From sequence record PQ799574.1: a stretch of DNA of 64,000 bases; one strand, given 5' to 3'. Shown piece by piece: positions 27,863 to 38,458 of this stretch (positions are counted from its first letter, which is position 1; each line of letters starts with the position of its first letter). Under the pieces are notes generated by a model. It had not been told where the DNA came from. It worked only from the letters and a program-made list of their open reading frames with translations, and ran no database searches. This stretch comes from Escherichia phage vB_EcoM_Maryam. The translations under genes were made by a program, and so were the position numbers.

Positions 27863-30558
27863 TCAGCCAAACAGGAAGTCTAACGAAGCTTTTTCTTCAT
27901 AGTCCATACCAGCCGATTCACACATGCCTGCAAGCGGTTTAACAAACGATTTTTGGAACAAAGTTGAGTAGTCAATCCAAGATAGTACATCAGAACGAAT
28001 TTCTTTTGGAAGTTCTGTACCCGACGGCCAAGCAATGCACTTGTCGCCAAATGGATTTCCTTCACGTAATGGAAGAACCATTACCTTATTTCCATCCAAA
28101 ATTGGAGCTACACCCAGACCACTAACAGCTCGACGATAAGTTAGCACACCACGAATATGGAACGGGCATTTAAATCCTGGCCAACCTTTATCATCATATT
28201 TCGCTATATCGTTCGCAGTTTTTACTTCAGCAATAACTTTATAGTCAAGTTGACGATATTCTTTCTCGAAGTTCTTGTAATATTCTTGGACAGACTCTTC
28301 ACCTTCCTGAAGAATACGACGAATACTTTCTTCAAGAGCTTCTTGAACTGCTTTAGGCGTTGAACTTTGCTGAGTTTCCATACCCATGATTTTTAGATGC
28401 GGTTCAGCAAAACGCTTATCTTCCATATCATATACGTTCAGAGCATAACGCTTTTTCGCTTTCCAAAATCCACCAACGCCCTTTGAACCAAGTGGAGGGC
28501 AAGAAATAGCTTCACGGTCCATATGCATCAGATGCTCGCGGTTATTCATATAATCACATAACTCACGATATGCAACATCAATCATAGGTTCCATCTTTTT
28601 CTTACCGAACTGATTCATGAATTCAACTAAATCGTTCTGCTCTTTGAATCGGTCAAGACCAACTTTTTCAATAACTTTATCTACACAAACATATACCGAA
28701 TCAGTATCACCTGCTGCAATGAAATCTTCGCCATTAGTTCCGCACACTTTATTCAGATACTCATTAATTTTACGAGCAATCCACTGAATACCAACTTGGC
28801 CGAAAATTGTGATAGCAGTAGCATTTCGCAAATCATAGTAACGGAAATGAATATTACCAAGAGCACCGTAAAGGCTGTTAATAAGAATTTTACGGTTCAG
28901 CTGATTTGTATTAGCAAGTGTAGCCGCTTTTTCACATTCTTCAATCAAACTATTGAGAACAGATTCAGTATAATTCGATAGTTCATTTAAGAAATCATCA
29001 CTGAACTTAACATATCGTTCAACTTCAGGTTTAGTTGAACAAGACCCTGCGCCTTTCATAATAATCTTTTTAATAGCTTCGGCATTCATTTCTTCAGCGA
29101 ACATTTTCTTTTTCCAATCTTTACGCTGGAAAAATACTTTAGCGATTTCCTTTGGAATGATACCTTCTTGATGCTTATCGTACATCCATCCATTCGGAGA
29201 ACAAGAATATTCATCACTCGGTTTAGGAGCTGTTCCTGCGATATATTCATGAATTGGATGAACTTTAAACTGACCACGAATAGTCTCAGGACTAATGTTA
29301 ACCTGACGAATAATGCTCGGATACAGAGACGTCAAGTCAAAACTCATAATATATCGACGAGCAATTGGTTTAGGTTCAAATACAAATGCACCCGGAAAAC
29401 TCTGTTTAACGTGCGAACCTTGTTGAGGAATAACCTTATGTTCACCTTTCAATGAGTTAAAAATAATAGCATCCCAGGTTTTAATAGGACTCATTACACC
29501 AGAAAAAGGCATTTTAGCGTAATAAGACATACTTAAAACTAGATCGATAAACCCGCGAATTTTATCAATTGCTTGAACTGATTCTACGTCAATGATGTTA
29601 TAACTAATGTATCGTTGATGATTAGTCTCACGAAGTTTATTAATAGGACCGTCGTATGGTAATTTACCTTTTTTGGTTTCATGCTGAGCAACTGATTCCA
29701 AAGAGAATGACGGCAAATTAGTAAATGCGAATTTCTTATACAAATCTAAATAATCAAGAATAGATACGCCATCAATAGAATAAATTTCTTTGCTACCGTA
29801 CATATTTTGGATAAGTTTAGATTTTACTCGACCGATTGGAGAGAAGCGTTTCATACTACGTTCACCGAGAACCATTTTAACGCGATTCATGATATACGGA
29901 ACGTCAAATCCCTCAATATTCCAACCAGTAAAAATAGCAGGTCGTTTCTGTTCCCAGAGATTGATATATTCCATGAGCATATCACGCTCATTATCGAATG
30001 GCATATAAATTACTCGGTCAAGAATTTCTTGAGGAACTTCATCACCACCTTCACAGTCAAGCTTAGCAGCTAACTTTGCATCCCATTTTGATACTGAACC
30101 ATACATTGAATTCAAAAGGTCGAAAACATAAAAACGATCATCAATTGAATCGTAATGAGTGATAGCATCAATTTCATATTCAGCTTTCATTGGGTCAGGA
30201 AATTTATCACCAGTAACCTCAATGTCACAGTTAGCTACACGAACAAATTTTCGGTCATAAACAATTTCTGAACCGTATGTATCACTGATAAAGCGAGTTT
30301 AAAATCGTTCATACCGAGAGCTTCGAGACCGATGTCTTCCATTCGTTTCATCCAATCTCGAGCATCTTTCATTGATGGAAATTTTTGAGGAGCGCAGTTT
30401 TTACCATAGATGTCTTTGTACTTTGACTCTTCCTTACAATGCCTAAACATAGTTGGAAGATATTCTACTTCACGAGTACGTTCCTTTCCATTTTCATCAA
30501 TATAACGTTCAACAATATTATTTCCGACTGTTTCAATAGAGATATAAAATTCTTTCAT
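27863..30558 (-). CDS. 43: DNA polymerase gp43 (family B), reading frame broken by an apparent 1-nt deletion near 30289
   Basis: 107-aa N-terminal ORF (30235-30558) plus 775-aa ORF (27863-30190); the frame of the large ORF stays open upstream to about 30290; fragments sum to the 898 aa of T4 gp43. Confidence 0.85.
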
Positions 30559-30606
30559 AGATATTCCTTAGTTTATAGCCCGAGTTATTAGGCTCTTGAT
30601 ATATTA

Positions 30607-30635
30607 TACTCCAAATAAGGGGCCGAAGCCCCTTT
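30607..30635 (-). other. stable UUCG hairpin in the leader of gene 43 (possible terminator or regulatory structure)
   Basis: AGGGGC-UUCG-GCCCCU; weak U-run. Confidence 0.35.
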
Positions 30636-30638
30636 GCT

Positions 30639-30875
30639 TTAAATTTCTATTGTACGACGCGATATAACGGACTTGCCATCTGTATTTGTGGTTTTGATAA
30701 TCGCATGAAATGCGCGTTGGCGTGGGTAAACTAATCGTTGGAATTCTTTTTGGAATTCTATTTGTTTATCTTCCGGGAGGTCAAAAACCAGTTGGGTAGA
30801 AGACAGACCATATGTTTGTTTTAGATTTTCGAATATTAGAAAAGCTTCGGTAAACTGAATCTCTGATTGTGTCAT
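30639..30875 (-). CDS. hypothetical protein (78 aa) between regA and gene 43
   Basis: Internal ATG with RBS; the track ORF start overlaps regA. Confidence 0.4.
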   Translation of the reverse strand: MTQSEIQFTEAFLIFENLKQTYGLSSTQLVFDLPEDKQIEFQKEFQRLVYPRQRAFHAIIKTTNTDGKSVISRRTIEI

Positions 30876-30885
30876 ATAATTTACC

Positions 30886-31254
30886 TTAATTACCAATCGT
30901 ATATTTAGGAACGAGTTTCCATTCATGTTTTTGTTTAAAAGAAATAACTCGGAAGTTATTAGTTAAATCTTTCATAAAAGTTCTTTGACCAGGAACGATT
31001 TCAATCAGTCCCCAATCTTCTAACAACCATGCAATCGAATCACGACGAACTTCATCTTCTTCTGTCATTTCAACTTGGCGACCATCCATACGAAGCATTT
31101 CTTTAAAATGAACGATATAGTATAGTCCTTTTTTCTGAAGAATATGACAGGACTGATACAGAACTTTATCTTTATTATTAGCAATTCCCATACGAGTCAA
31201 AGTTTCTTTTACTTTCAGAAAATCTTCAGGTTTTTTAAGAGTAATTTCAATCAT
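30886..31254 (-). CDS. regA: translational repressor RegA (122 aa)
   Basis: Length identical to T4 RegA; position upstream of 43. Confidence 0.85.
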   Translation of the reverse strand: MIEITLKKPEDFLKVKETLTRMGIANNKDKVLYQSCHILQKKGLYYIVHFKEMLRMDGRQVEMTEEDEVRRDSIAWLLEDWGLIEIVPGQRTFMKDLTNNFRVISFKQKHEWKLVPKYTIGN

Positions 31255-31255
31255 T

Positions 31256-31801
31256 TTACCATTCCAATGCTAGTTTTTTGAGTTGTTTCTGTTCTTTTAC
31301 GTTCTTAGTCACTTCTTTCAAAAAATCATCCGTGACTAAACCTTTTAGTTCTTTTAATACTAAAGGAAGTTTTCCATTTTTAGTAAGAATTGATTTATAG
31401 TTAATTGCATCATTTGTATTAACTTGATACCACTTAGCAAGTAACTTAATAATCAATACTTCGGTGGAATCTTCAACCAGTTTTGCCCATTTACCGTATC
31501 TTTTACCACGAGGAACTGCAGCCATTAGATAATTAAAATGAGCTTCATCACTTAAGCCTGATCCAATTAAATTCATAGCATATACAGCTGGCATGCACTC
31601 TGGAAATTGTGATAATGCATTTTCAACCATGAATTTTGAATAATCTTTTTGAGCAATAGAGCATTTAGTTTTATTATTGATAGCTCCAATTATTTCAAAA
31701 AATTCATTTTCAGCTTTTTCTTTAAAAGAATCAGCAGCGGATTGGACAGCTGTCCAATCTTTTGAATACCAAGCAAGTAGGAAAAGATTATGTATGCCCA
31801 T
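31256..31801 (-). CDS. 62: clamp-loader subunit gp62 (181 aa), 5' end possibly altered
   Basis: Position next to regA; about 6 aa shorter than T4 gp62 as I recall it; in-frame TAA directly upstream of the ATG. Confidence 0.75.
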   Translation of the reverse strand: MGIHNLFLLAWYSKDWTAVQSAADSFKEKAENEFFEIIGAINNKTKCSIAQKDYSKFMVENALSQFPECMPAVYAMNLIGSGLSDEAHFNYLMAAVPRGKRYGKWAKLVEDSTEVLIIKLLAKWYQVNTNDAINYKSILTKNGKLPLVLKELKGLVTDDFLKEVTKNVKEQKQLKKLALEW

Positions 31802-31909
31802 TTAGTTCTCCGGTAAATGGAATGCTAAAACCTGCTTTACGCGATCTTTATATTGCGATGAACGAAGAAATGATAAAAGAATTAAAACGTCAACTGAAGG
31901 TGATTTAAT

Positions 31910-32128
31910 TTGGCCAGGGAAATTAATTCAAAATCCGATTATTTTAATTCTCTCAATGATAAAGATAAAAATCTAATACGGCATTTTATTGTTGAGATGG
32001 GATATACCGATACACGCGATTTAAGAGAACATATATTTGAATGTGGTGTAGCTAAAAAGTTTTCATTCACATGCAAATGTTTGAGAGAGGTAATTCAGCA
32101 CTATGAACAATTTAGTCGCAAAACATAA
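31910..32128 (+). CDS. hypothetical protein (72 aa by track, TTG start)
   Basis: ORF only; start codon uncertain. Confidence 0.35.
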   Translation: MAREINSKSDYFNSLNDKDKNLIRHFIVEMGYTDTRDLREHIFECGVAKKFSFTCKCLREVIQHYEQFSRKT

Positions 32129-32211
32129 TTTTAATAAAGCTTCTGTTCATAAGGATAAGAAGAAAGCGTTTAAAGAATCTAATCGCAAGCAGAAACATAA
32201 GGGGAAGGTCT

Positions 32212-32490
32212 ATGATTATTGATTCTCAGTCTGTGGTTCAATACACAATCAAAATTGATATTCTAGAAAAGCTATATAAGTTTCTACCAAATTTATACCA
32301 CTCAATTGTTAATGAATTAGTTGAAGAACTACATCTCGAGAATAATGATTTCTTGATTGGAACTTATAAAGACCTCTCAAAAGCAGGATATTTCTACGTA
32401 ATTCCAGCACCAGGAAAAAGTATTGATGATGTATTAAAAACTATAATGATTTATGTCCATGATTATGAAATTGAAGATTATTTCGAATGA
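32212..32490 (+). CDS. arn: Arn anti-restriction protein (inhibitor of McrBC), 92 aa
   Basis: T4 Arn length; adjacent to asiA; GGGGAAGG RBS. Confidence 0.7.
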   Translation: MIIDSQSVVQYTIKIDILEKLYKFLPNLYHSIVNELVEELHLENNDFLIGTYKDLSKAGYFYVIPAPGKSIDDVLKTIMIYVHDYEIEDYFE

Positions 32491-32639
32491 GTCATAATCT
32501 TGAAAAAGTAATCGAGCATAATGTAGCTCAGGAACGTAAGTCGTTCAAGGAATTCGTAGAAAAAATTTTTGAAGAAAATAGCACAGACCAGTTTACAAAT
32601 CAAACGTCTGATGATATTATAACAAAGTCAACTAATTGA
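32487..32639 (+). CDS. small protein (50 aa), asiA.1-like
   Basis: ATGA overlap with arn stop; own translation. Confidence 0.35.
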   Translation: MSHNLEKVIEHNVAQERKSFKEFVEKIFEENSTDQFTNQTSDDIITKSTN

Positions 32640-32651
32640 GTGGTATAGTTA

Positions 32652-32924
32652 ATGAATAAAAATATTGATACAGTTCGTGAAATTATTACTGTTGCGTCTA
32701 TTTTGATTAAATTTTCCAGAGAAGATATTGTTGAAAATCGTGCTAATTTTATTGCATTTCTGAATGAGATTGGAGTAACGCATGAAGGTAGAAAGTTAAA
32801 TCAGAATTCATTCCGTAAAACTGTTTCTGAATTAACTCAAGAAGATAAGAAAACCCTCATCGACGAATTCAACGAGGGTTTTGAGGGTGTATATCGATAT
32901 CTAGAGATGTATACGAACAAATAA
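32652..32924 (+). CDS. asiA: anti-sigma-70 factor AsiA (90 aa)
   Basis: T4 AsiA length; convergent with holin t. Confidence 0.85.
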   Translation: MNKNIDTVREIITVASILIKFSREDIVENRANFIAFLNEIGVTHEGRKLNQNSFRKTVSELTQEDKKTLIDEFNEGFEGVYRYLEMYTNK

Positions 32925-33581
32925 TTATTTAGCCCTTCCTAATATTCTGGCCGCCTGAGCACATATTGATTCAAGGCGGTCATTACTTATATGATCATTT
33001 CTATACCAGTACATGGTTATCGTTCCAGCATAGATATTATCCAAATTAAAATATGGACAACTGTACATGTAGTTTATTTCAGGAGTAGGCTTTTTAGTTG
33101 GTAAAAAAGCAAATTTTGAGTTGGAATAATAATGACGTCCATTTAAATGAACTGCATATTCATCCATAGTTTTATCAACAGGATATCCTCCAAGTGATTT
33201 TTCACTTATTGTTGAAGGTAATTTTCCTTCATATGCTATAATATCAACAAAATAGTTTAAGTTTTTAGGGCGGAAAGAATACACCGCACTAAAGTCTGCC
33301 TCAGATGATATATGAACTATCTGGAGTTGTTCCAGGGCGACAGATTCAAAGCGTGCATTTCTTTCCTTTTCAATAATTTCACTGTATGTTTCATACTTTG
33401 ATTGCTTATAGTACTCAAAGAAACTATCTCCCCTATACCAAACAATCGCCATCATAAATAAAAGAATTACGACAGCTACACGGGAAGCAAGAACTTTCCC
33501 GGTAGCGTTATCTTTGAACAAGCGATCTAGAACACCAAATAGAATATCAGAGGGCGAAAATGATATTCTAGGTGCTGCCAT
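32925..33581 (-). CDS. t: holin T (218 aa)
   Basis: Length identical to T4 holin; single N-terminal TM segment; follows gene 38. Confidence 0.9.
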   Translation of the reverse strand: MAAPRISFSPSDILFGVLDRLFKDNATGKVLASRVAVVILLFMMAIVWYRGDSFFEYYKQSKYETYSEIIEKERNARFESVALEQLQIVHISSEADFSAVYSFRPKNLNYFVDIIAYEGKLPSTISEKSLGGYPVDKTMDEYAVHLNGRHYYSNSKFAFLPTKKPTPEINYMYSCPYFNLDNIYAGTITMYWYRNDHISNDRLESICAQAARILGRAK

Positions 33582-33611
33582 AGACCCTCCTTTTAAGGAT
33601 ATTTATTCAAA

Positions 33612-34388
33612 TTATACTCTTGGACCATATATTGCTCCAACATTTTGCCACGTTGGAGAAGACCCTATAACAGCATATCCAGAATCGCCGCCATTGTATT
33701 CAGATCCTTGACCACGAATATTACATCTACCTCCTGCGGCGCCTACCTCACCACCGCTTCCGCCATTATAGATACCGTTCACGGACCCCGATCCAGGCGC
33801 ATAAAGAGTACCAGCAGTTGCGCCTGATTGCATATCAATAGATCCGCCAGGTGCACCAAACGGACGCCCACCACCACCACCAAAGGTTAATCTCATTTGT
33901 GAAAAAGGAGAATAATACCCACCGCCACCACCGCCACCACCGGCAGCAATAGCTCCGCCATTATTAATTCTTAGTCTCCCACCAATATCGTTTTGAATAC
34001 AATGACCTCCAGCTGAGCCAGGACTATTGCTACCGCCATTACCTCCACGACCATACATCGTTACGCCGTGTATATTTAACTGAACATATTCATTTGGTGT
34101 ATCTCCGTACATAAAGAATAAAGGAACATCTTTAGAATATGATACTAAATCACCTGTAATATTAAACACTATAGGTGCACTACCTGCCTCAAAACATCTA
34201 TCTCGGAACCATTGACCATTGAAGTTATGGTCTGCTCCAAGCGTGTGAATTATTTCAACAGATCGACCTATCATATTACTCATCCAAAACGGAACGCCCA
34301 TTCTTAATCTTGCGGCTGCTCCTGCCATCCAATGGTCTCCAGTCTGTGCCAATGCAGAAGTTCCTATCCACGGTCCTGCTACTGCCAT
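33612..34388 (-). CDS. 38: gp38 receptor-recognising adhesin (T2/Ox2/K3 type), 258 aa
   Basis: Poly-glycine segments flanking variable loops; GGAGG RBS before ATG at 34388; follows gene 37. Confidence 0.8.
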   Translation of the reverse strand: MAVAGPWIGTSALAQTGDHWMAGAAARLRMGVPFWMSNMIGRSVEIIHTLGADHNFNGQWFRDRCFEAGSAPIVFNITGDLVSYSKDVPLFFMYGDTPNEYVQLNIHGVTMYGRGGNGGSNSPGSAGGHCIQNDIGGRLRINNGGAIAAGGGGGGGGYYSPFSQMRLTFGGGGGRPFGAPGGSIDMQSGATAGTLYAPGSGSVNGIYNGGSGGEVGAAGGRCNIRGQGSEYNGGDSGYAVIGSSPTWQNVGAIYGPRV

Positions 34389-34398
34389 ATAAACCTCC

Positions 34399-34416
34399 AA
34401 GGGGCCGAAGCCCCTC
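34399..34416 (-). other. intercistronic UUCG hairpin between genes 37 and 38, next to the gp38 RBS
   Basis: GGGGC-UUCG-GCCCC directly upstream of GGAGG. Confidence 0.4.
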
Positions 34417-34419
34417 TTA

Positions 34420-37400
34420 TTATTTTAACAATGATTTAACTAATGCTTTAAGTTCTTCGATTTCTGATTTAAGTTCTGCAATTTCTGCAGTATGCTCATT
34501 GATTGCAGCTGTATTTAAACCAATTACACCGTTATAGTTCAAACGAAGTAAAGCTTCGCCATCAGGGTCACCTTCAACTAATTCTGGTAAAATAGCTTGA
34601 ACTTCTTGAGCAATTAAACCGGCGTTAGGTTCCCATTTCTGATTGCCTTCTTCATCTAGGCCTCGCTTCTGCATATAAGTGTAACCGTTAATTTTGGAAA
34701 GCTTCTCAGAAGCATTTTCAAATTTAACAAGGTCTTTTTTAACACGAATATCAGAACGGACATAAACATCTCGAACAAATGTGGAATAGGCATCGCTCTG
34801 TTGGACTAAATGACCAAAAGAAATAATAGCTCTTCCTTGTTCAGTCCACAAAGCACCAGTGGTATCCCAAAGACCTTCATGGAGATGGTAAGCGGACGAC
34901 CATGAAGCAATATGCATTCCATTTGCAACCATATTAATTCGCCCATCACCGCCATGAACTAATCCAGTATCATTATCACCAATAACAAGACATGGTCCAG
35001 TCCACACCGGGTCACCACCGCCAGCTGATAATCTTGCTCCGGTTTGAACCATGTTAGGAACATACAGAACTCCAGTGTGGTGGAATTCATAGATAGCTTG
35101 TGGGTCAGAACCGTTTTCCTGGTTACCTACACGAATAATACCTTGTGCCCAGTTATTAGTAATGCGACGCATACCAAAATCAACGCTAGATATGTATCCT
35201 TCATTCGTAATAGCAGATTTTCCTTTAATAATAGGATAATAACTATCATTACCAACATTACCAAAATCTACAAATATCGGAGCTTCTTGTCGCCATTGGT
35301 TTCCCCAATCGCCAGCCTGGTGCGCAGTCCATTGTGTACCGTTTATATGAAGGCGGTCTCTATTAAAATTAAATGTTCCTTGACCTTGAGGAGAAAGCGA
35401 TATTTCGCCGTTATTTGTTATGTATACACCACCCTGTGTAATGTAACTGTAAAAACCTAGACCGTTGTCGCCGCCACCTTTGCCTATATACCAGTTATTT
35501 GTACCACCTACATCACTACGGATATGTGATGAAGCACCTCCGCCAGCAGTTAAAACGAGAGCATCATTGCCTGCTGATAAAGTCAATTTACCAGTCATCG
35601 TGTCGCCTTCTTTAGAAACACGAGTAGCTATTGCATCGCGAATATTTGTGGTTTCTCCCGCAGAAGTAAACGATTTCCAAATATCTGAGAAAATATTACC
35701 ATTACGAGCAATAGTAGCTTCACCGCCGCCGACTTGAACGTTATCGGGGAAATTAACTGTACCGTCTTGATTAAAACGAGACGTATGGCCTTGTGAACCA
35801 TCTTCTTTTAAATGATGTAAAACAAATGTACCCGAATTAATTTCAGTACCTAAAGACCAAACAGCTTTACTGTTTAAAAACTTCTGTTTAACAATAGGAT
35901 AATATTTACTTACTGCGTCATCATCGATTTCCTGGAAAATAGGAGCTGCTTGAACATATTGAATATCATAACCACCAGCGCCAGCGCCGTGACCAGTAAA
36001 TTTAATATATCCGTTTGCTGCGAACGTATTGTAACTTGATTGTAAATCTGGAATAGTAACTTTACCAGTATCTAAAGCCATACTAAACGGGCGAAGTGGA
36101 CCGATATCACCATGTTTACCTTCACCATAAGCAGTTGGAATAATATGAAGACTGCCTTCTGAACGTCTAAAAATAGCTCCATAATCTGCGTTCCAAATGC
36201 GAAGAGCATTCACTGCTCCAGATGAAATTTCGCCTGTTGTGTGAACTCCTCTATTTCCAGCAGTAACACCAGATGATTCAAATGAACCGTTAACGTTCAT
36301 TTCTACTTCACCTGTTGTAAGTCTTTGAATATAGCTCATCCAGCTAGTTGCATCGGAAATTTCCATGACATTTTTGCGATTACCTTCACTAGGAATAGTA
36401 AATGTATTACCCCACACGGAAATTGTCATATTATCAACTGAACTACTACCAGTTGTGTTACCTCTAAACATCAGTGTAGAAGCATTATTTCTACCATCGA
36501 TATTAACAGAACCACCAATAACGTCAATATTACCAGGAGTAACTAACAAACCGCCATGAGTATTAATGTTTGTGGTACCCTTGCCGCGGAAATAATGATG
36601 ATAGTTACCGCCTTGATAATATCCTAAAAGAGTCTGACCATCTCCAAACGCGTTATTATCGTGATATGTCACGACAGTAGCAAGAGCATAATTTTCAGTT
36701 GGAGGAGTAGTTAAATCGGTTCCGTTAGTAGAATATCCAGCTACAAATTTTCTTAGGCTAGTTGTTTCGCTAGGACTAAATAAAAACGTTTTTGTTCCAT
36801 TATTAACGCTAAAATAATATCCATCTTGATGCCATTTAAATCCAGTATCATTATCTCCTAAAGCAATACTAGATTGTCCTAATATTGAATAATCTTTATT
36901 ACCAGGTGTTAAACCAATAGAAATTGAGTGACTTGATTTAATTCCGCCGCTCCAAGTAAATGACCAAAGATAGGTGTCAAGTCCATCACCTGCATACCAA
37001 GTTATTCCATCATTATCTTTAACTTCATGGAAAATACCAGAACCAACGGCATTACGCATGACACGAAGATGATTAATAGCAGTAGTGCTTTCAGACAATG
37101 GAACATTGTCTGCCATCGAATAGATGTCATAATCACCCGTAGATTTATTATTAGTAATGACTTTGTTGGTCAGAATTTGTGGAGACGAAATAGATTTCCA
37201 TGCTGATACTTCAGGTGAAGTAAATAGTCCACTGCCTGAAAATGCATAAGTGCTTTCGCTACCAGCGGCGTAGTCTTGAACCCTGATATTAAGTACTTGT
37301 GTAGTTAAACCATCATTAGCCGGGGCATAAATGATTCCGCGTTCGCGACTATTGTTATCGAAAAAACGAACATGCGCTGTACCTGAACTTTTTGTAATAA

Positions 37401-37731
37401 GTTCTCCGCCTTCAGTCATAATCTGCCCAGCGGAAATAATATCGCGAGTTACTCGAGCAATACCAATTAAATTAAAATTACCAGTCTGAGTGAAGACGCC
37501 ATTTAAAGTATAATCGCCAGTTTGGTTATAATTGCCTGTATGAATAACATTCCCGTCAATACTACCGCCTTTAGCAAAACCCAGATCAATAATATTTCCT
37601 TGGTCATCTTTAGTAAAAAGTACACGGTCTTTTAAGTTTATAGCCAATTCACCTTCGGCTAATACTGAAGCGGCAGGACGTGCTCCTGCAGTTTTGCTTC
37701 TTTTAAATTGTATTTGTTTTAAAGTAGCCAT
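34420..37731 (-). CDS. 37: long tail fibre distal subunit gp37 (1103 aa) with C-terminal chaperone-like domain
   Basis: Size and synteny 34-35-36-37-38; C-terminal SDIRVKKD motif and coiled coil. Confidence 0.9.
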   Translation of the reverse strand: MATLKQIQFKRSKTAGARPAASVLAEGELAINLKDRVLFTKDDQGNIIDLGFAKGGSIDGNVIHTGNYNQTGDYTLNGVFTQTGNFNLIGIARVTRDIISAGQIMTEGGELITKSSGTAHVRFFDNNSRERGIIYAPANDGLTTQVLNIRVQDYAAGSESTYAFSGSGLFTSPEVSAWKSISSPQILTNKVITNNKSTGDYDIYSMADNVPLSESTTAINHLRVMRNAVGSGIFHEVKDNDGITWYAGDGLDTYLWSFTWSGGIKSSHSISIGLTPGNKDYSILGQSSIALGDNDTGFKWHQDGYYFSVNNGTKTFLFSPSETTSLRKFVAGYSTNGTDLTTPPTENYALATVVTYHDNNAFGDGQTLLGYYQGGNYHHYFRGKGTTNINTHGGLLVTPGNIDVIGGSVNIDGRNNASTLMFRGNTTGSSSVDNMTISVWGNTFTIPSEGNRKNVMEISDATSWMSYIQRLTTGEVEMNVNGSFESSGVTAGNRGVHTTGEISSGAVNALRIWNADYGAIFRRSEGSLHIIPTAYGEGKHGDIGPLRPFSMALDTGKVTIPDLQSSYNTFAANGYIKFTGHGAGAGGYDIQYVQAAPIFQEIDDDAVSKYYPIVKQKFLNSKAVWSLGTEINSGTFVLHHLKEDGSQGHTSRFNQDGTVNFPDNVQVGGGEATIARNGNIFSDIWKSFTSAGETTNIRDAIATRVSKEGDTMTGKLTLSAGNDALVLTAGGGASSHIRSDVGGTNNWYIGKGGGDNGLGFYSYITQGGVYITNNGEISLSPQGQGTFNFNRDRLHINGTQWTAHQAGDWGNQWRQEAPIFVDFGNVGNDSYYPIIKGKSAITNEGYISSVDFGMRRITNNWAQGIIRVGNQENGSDPQAIYEFHHTGVLYVPNMVQTGARLSAGGGDPVWTGPCLVIGDNDTGLVHGGDGRINMVANGMHIASWSSAYHLHEGLWDTTGALWTEQGRAIISFGHLVQQSDAYSTFVRDVYVRSDIRVKKDLVKFENASEKLSKINGYTYMQKRGLDEEGNQKWEPNAGLIAQEVQAILPELVEGDPDGEALLRLNYNGVIGLNTAAINEHTAEIAELKSEIEELKALVKSLLK

Positions 37732-37739
37732 AAGTCCTC

Positions 37740-38396
37740 TTAATAATAGCCGAAATCTTGAACAGAATCCTTAATAACAATTTGGTCAAATCGTGGAACA
37801 TGCGAGGGTTGAGATGCAGGATTCTGTGAAAAAAGGTTTGGCGCAGTTAAATTTCCTGTCATAGTGTCTCCAGAGCGTAATACCCTAGAGTTTGCGTTTG
37901 CTGTAACAATATTTATTGCTCCATCAACATAATCTTTCCGCGTAAGGTCATAATTATTTACTGGTGATAACGAAGTTACACGGATTTGTGATGCTTCAAT
38001 TACGCCCTTTGAGCTAATATCTCCATTTCGTGTGTTAATTACTACAGTTCTACCTGCTGTTCCTTGTGATGATTTAAAACCAATACCATACCACGAAACA
38101 ATATCCATATTTGTAGTATCATACGTGGCACTATCACCAGGACCAGCAAAAATACCATTATCGCCTGACCCTGCGCCAGGAACAGTCATTCCTTTATTAA
38201 AAATTACTTTATTTAAATAAGTACCACCATTAGCTTTAGAAACGAAATCGTTATCTGCAGCTTGTGGTTTATTATATTCTGAATATATTTTAAATGATTT
38301 ATAGAGTACATCGTCACCGGCTGGATTCAATGGAAAATTTCCTTGATGCCAAATGACAGAGCCTCCGGTTGTTGAACCTACTTTTAAATCAGCCAT
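37740..38396 (-). CDS. 36: long tail fibre hinge protein gp36 (218 aa)
   Basis: Synteny and size; late promoter upstream. Confidence 0.8.
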   Translation of the reverse strand: MADLKVGSTTGGSVIWHQGNFPLNPAGDDVLYKSFKIYSEYNKPQAADNDFVSKANGGTYLNKVIFNKGMTVPGAGSGDNGIFAGPGDSATYDTTNMDIVSWYGIGFKSSQGTAGRTVVINTRNGDISSKGVIEASQIRVTSLSPVNNYDLTRKDYVDGAINIVTANANSRVLRSGDTMTGNLTAPNLFSQNPASQPSHVPRFDQIVIKDSVQDFGYY

Positions 38397-38419
38397 TGTA
38401 TGCCCCTTTATTTTAATAG

Positions 38420-38427
38420 TATTTATA
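38420..38427 (-). promoter_or_regulatory. late promoter TATAAATA upstream of gene 36
   Basis: Forward tatttata between the gene 35 terminator and the gene 36 start. Confidence 0.5.
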
Positions 38428-38454
38428 AAGAAAAAGGGAACCCGAAGGCTCCCT
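38428..38454 (-). terminator. intrinsic terminator after gene 35
   Basis: Hairpin with UUCG loop plus UUUUUCUUU. Confidence 0.65.
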
Positions 38455-38458
38455 CAAT

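Noticed and set aside
30235-30300. Programmed ribosomal frameshift or translational bypass in gene 43
   Set aside because: There is no slippery heptamer or hop-like take-off/landing pair at the site, and the shift would have to occur inside an essential domain. A simple 1-nt indel is the more economical explanation.
31802-31908. Remnant of clamp-loader gene 44 upstream of gene 62
   Set aside because: The minus-strand frame upstream of gene 62 is open for only about 42 codons before a stop, and the track shows no long minus-strand ORF in 31.8-32.9 kb, so gene 44 is absent here.
33850-33960. Low-complexity GGTGGTGG-rich DNA that could be taken for a tandem repeat or CRISPR-like array
   Set aside because: It encodes the poly-glycine linkers of the gp38 adhesin, in frame, with no spacer/repeat periodicity.
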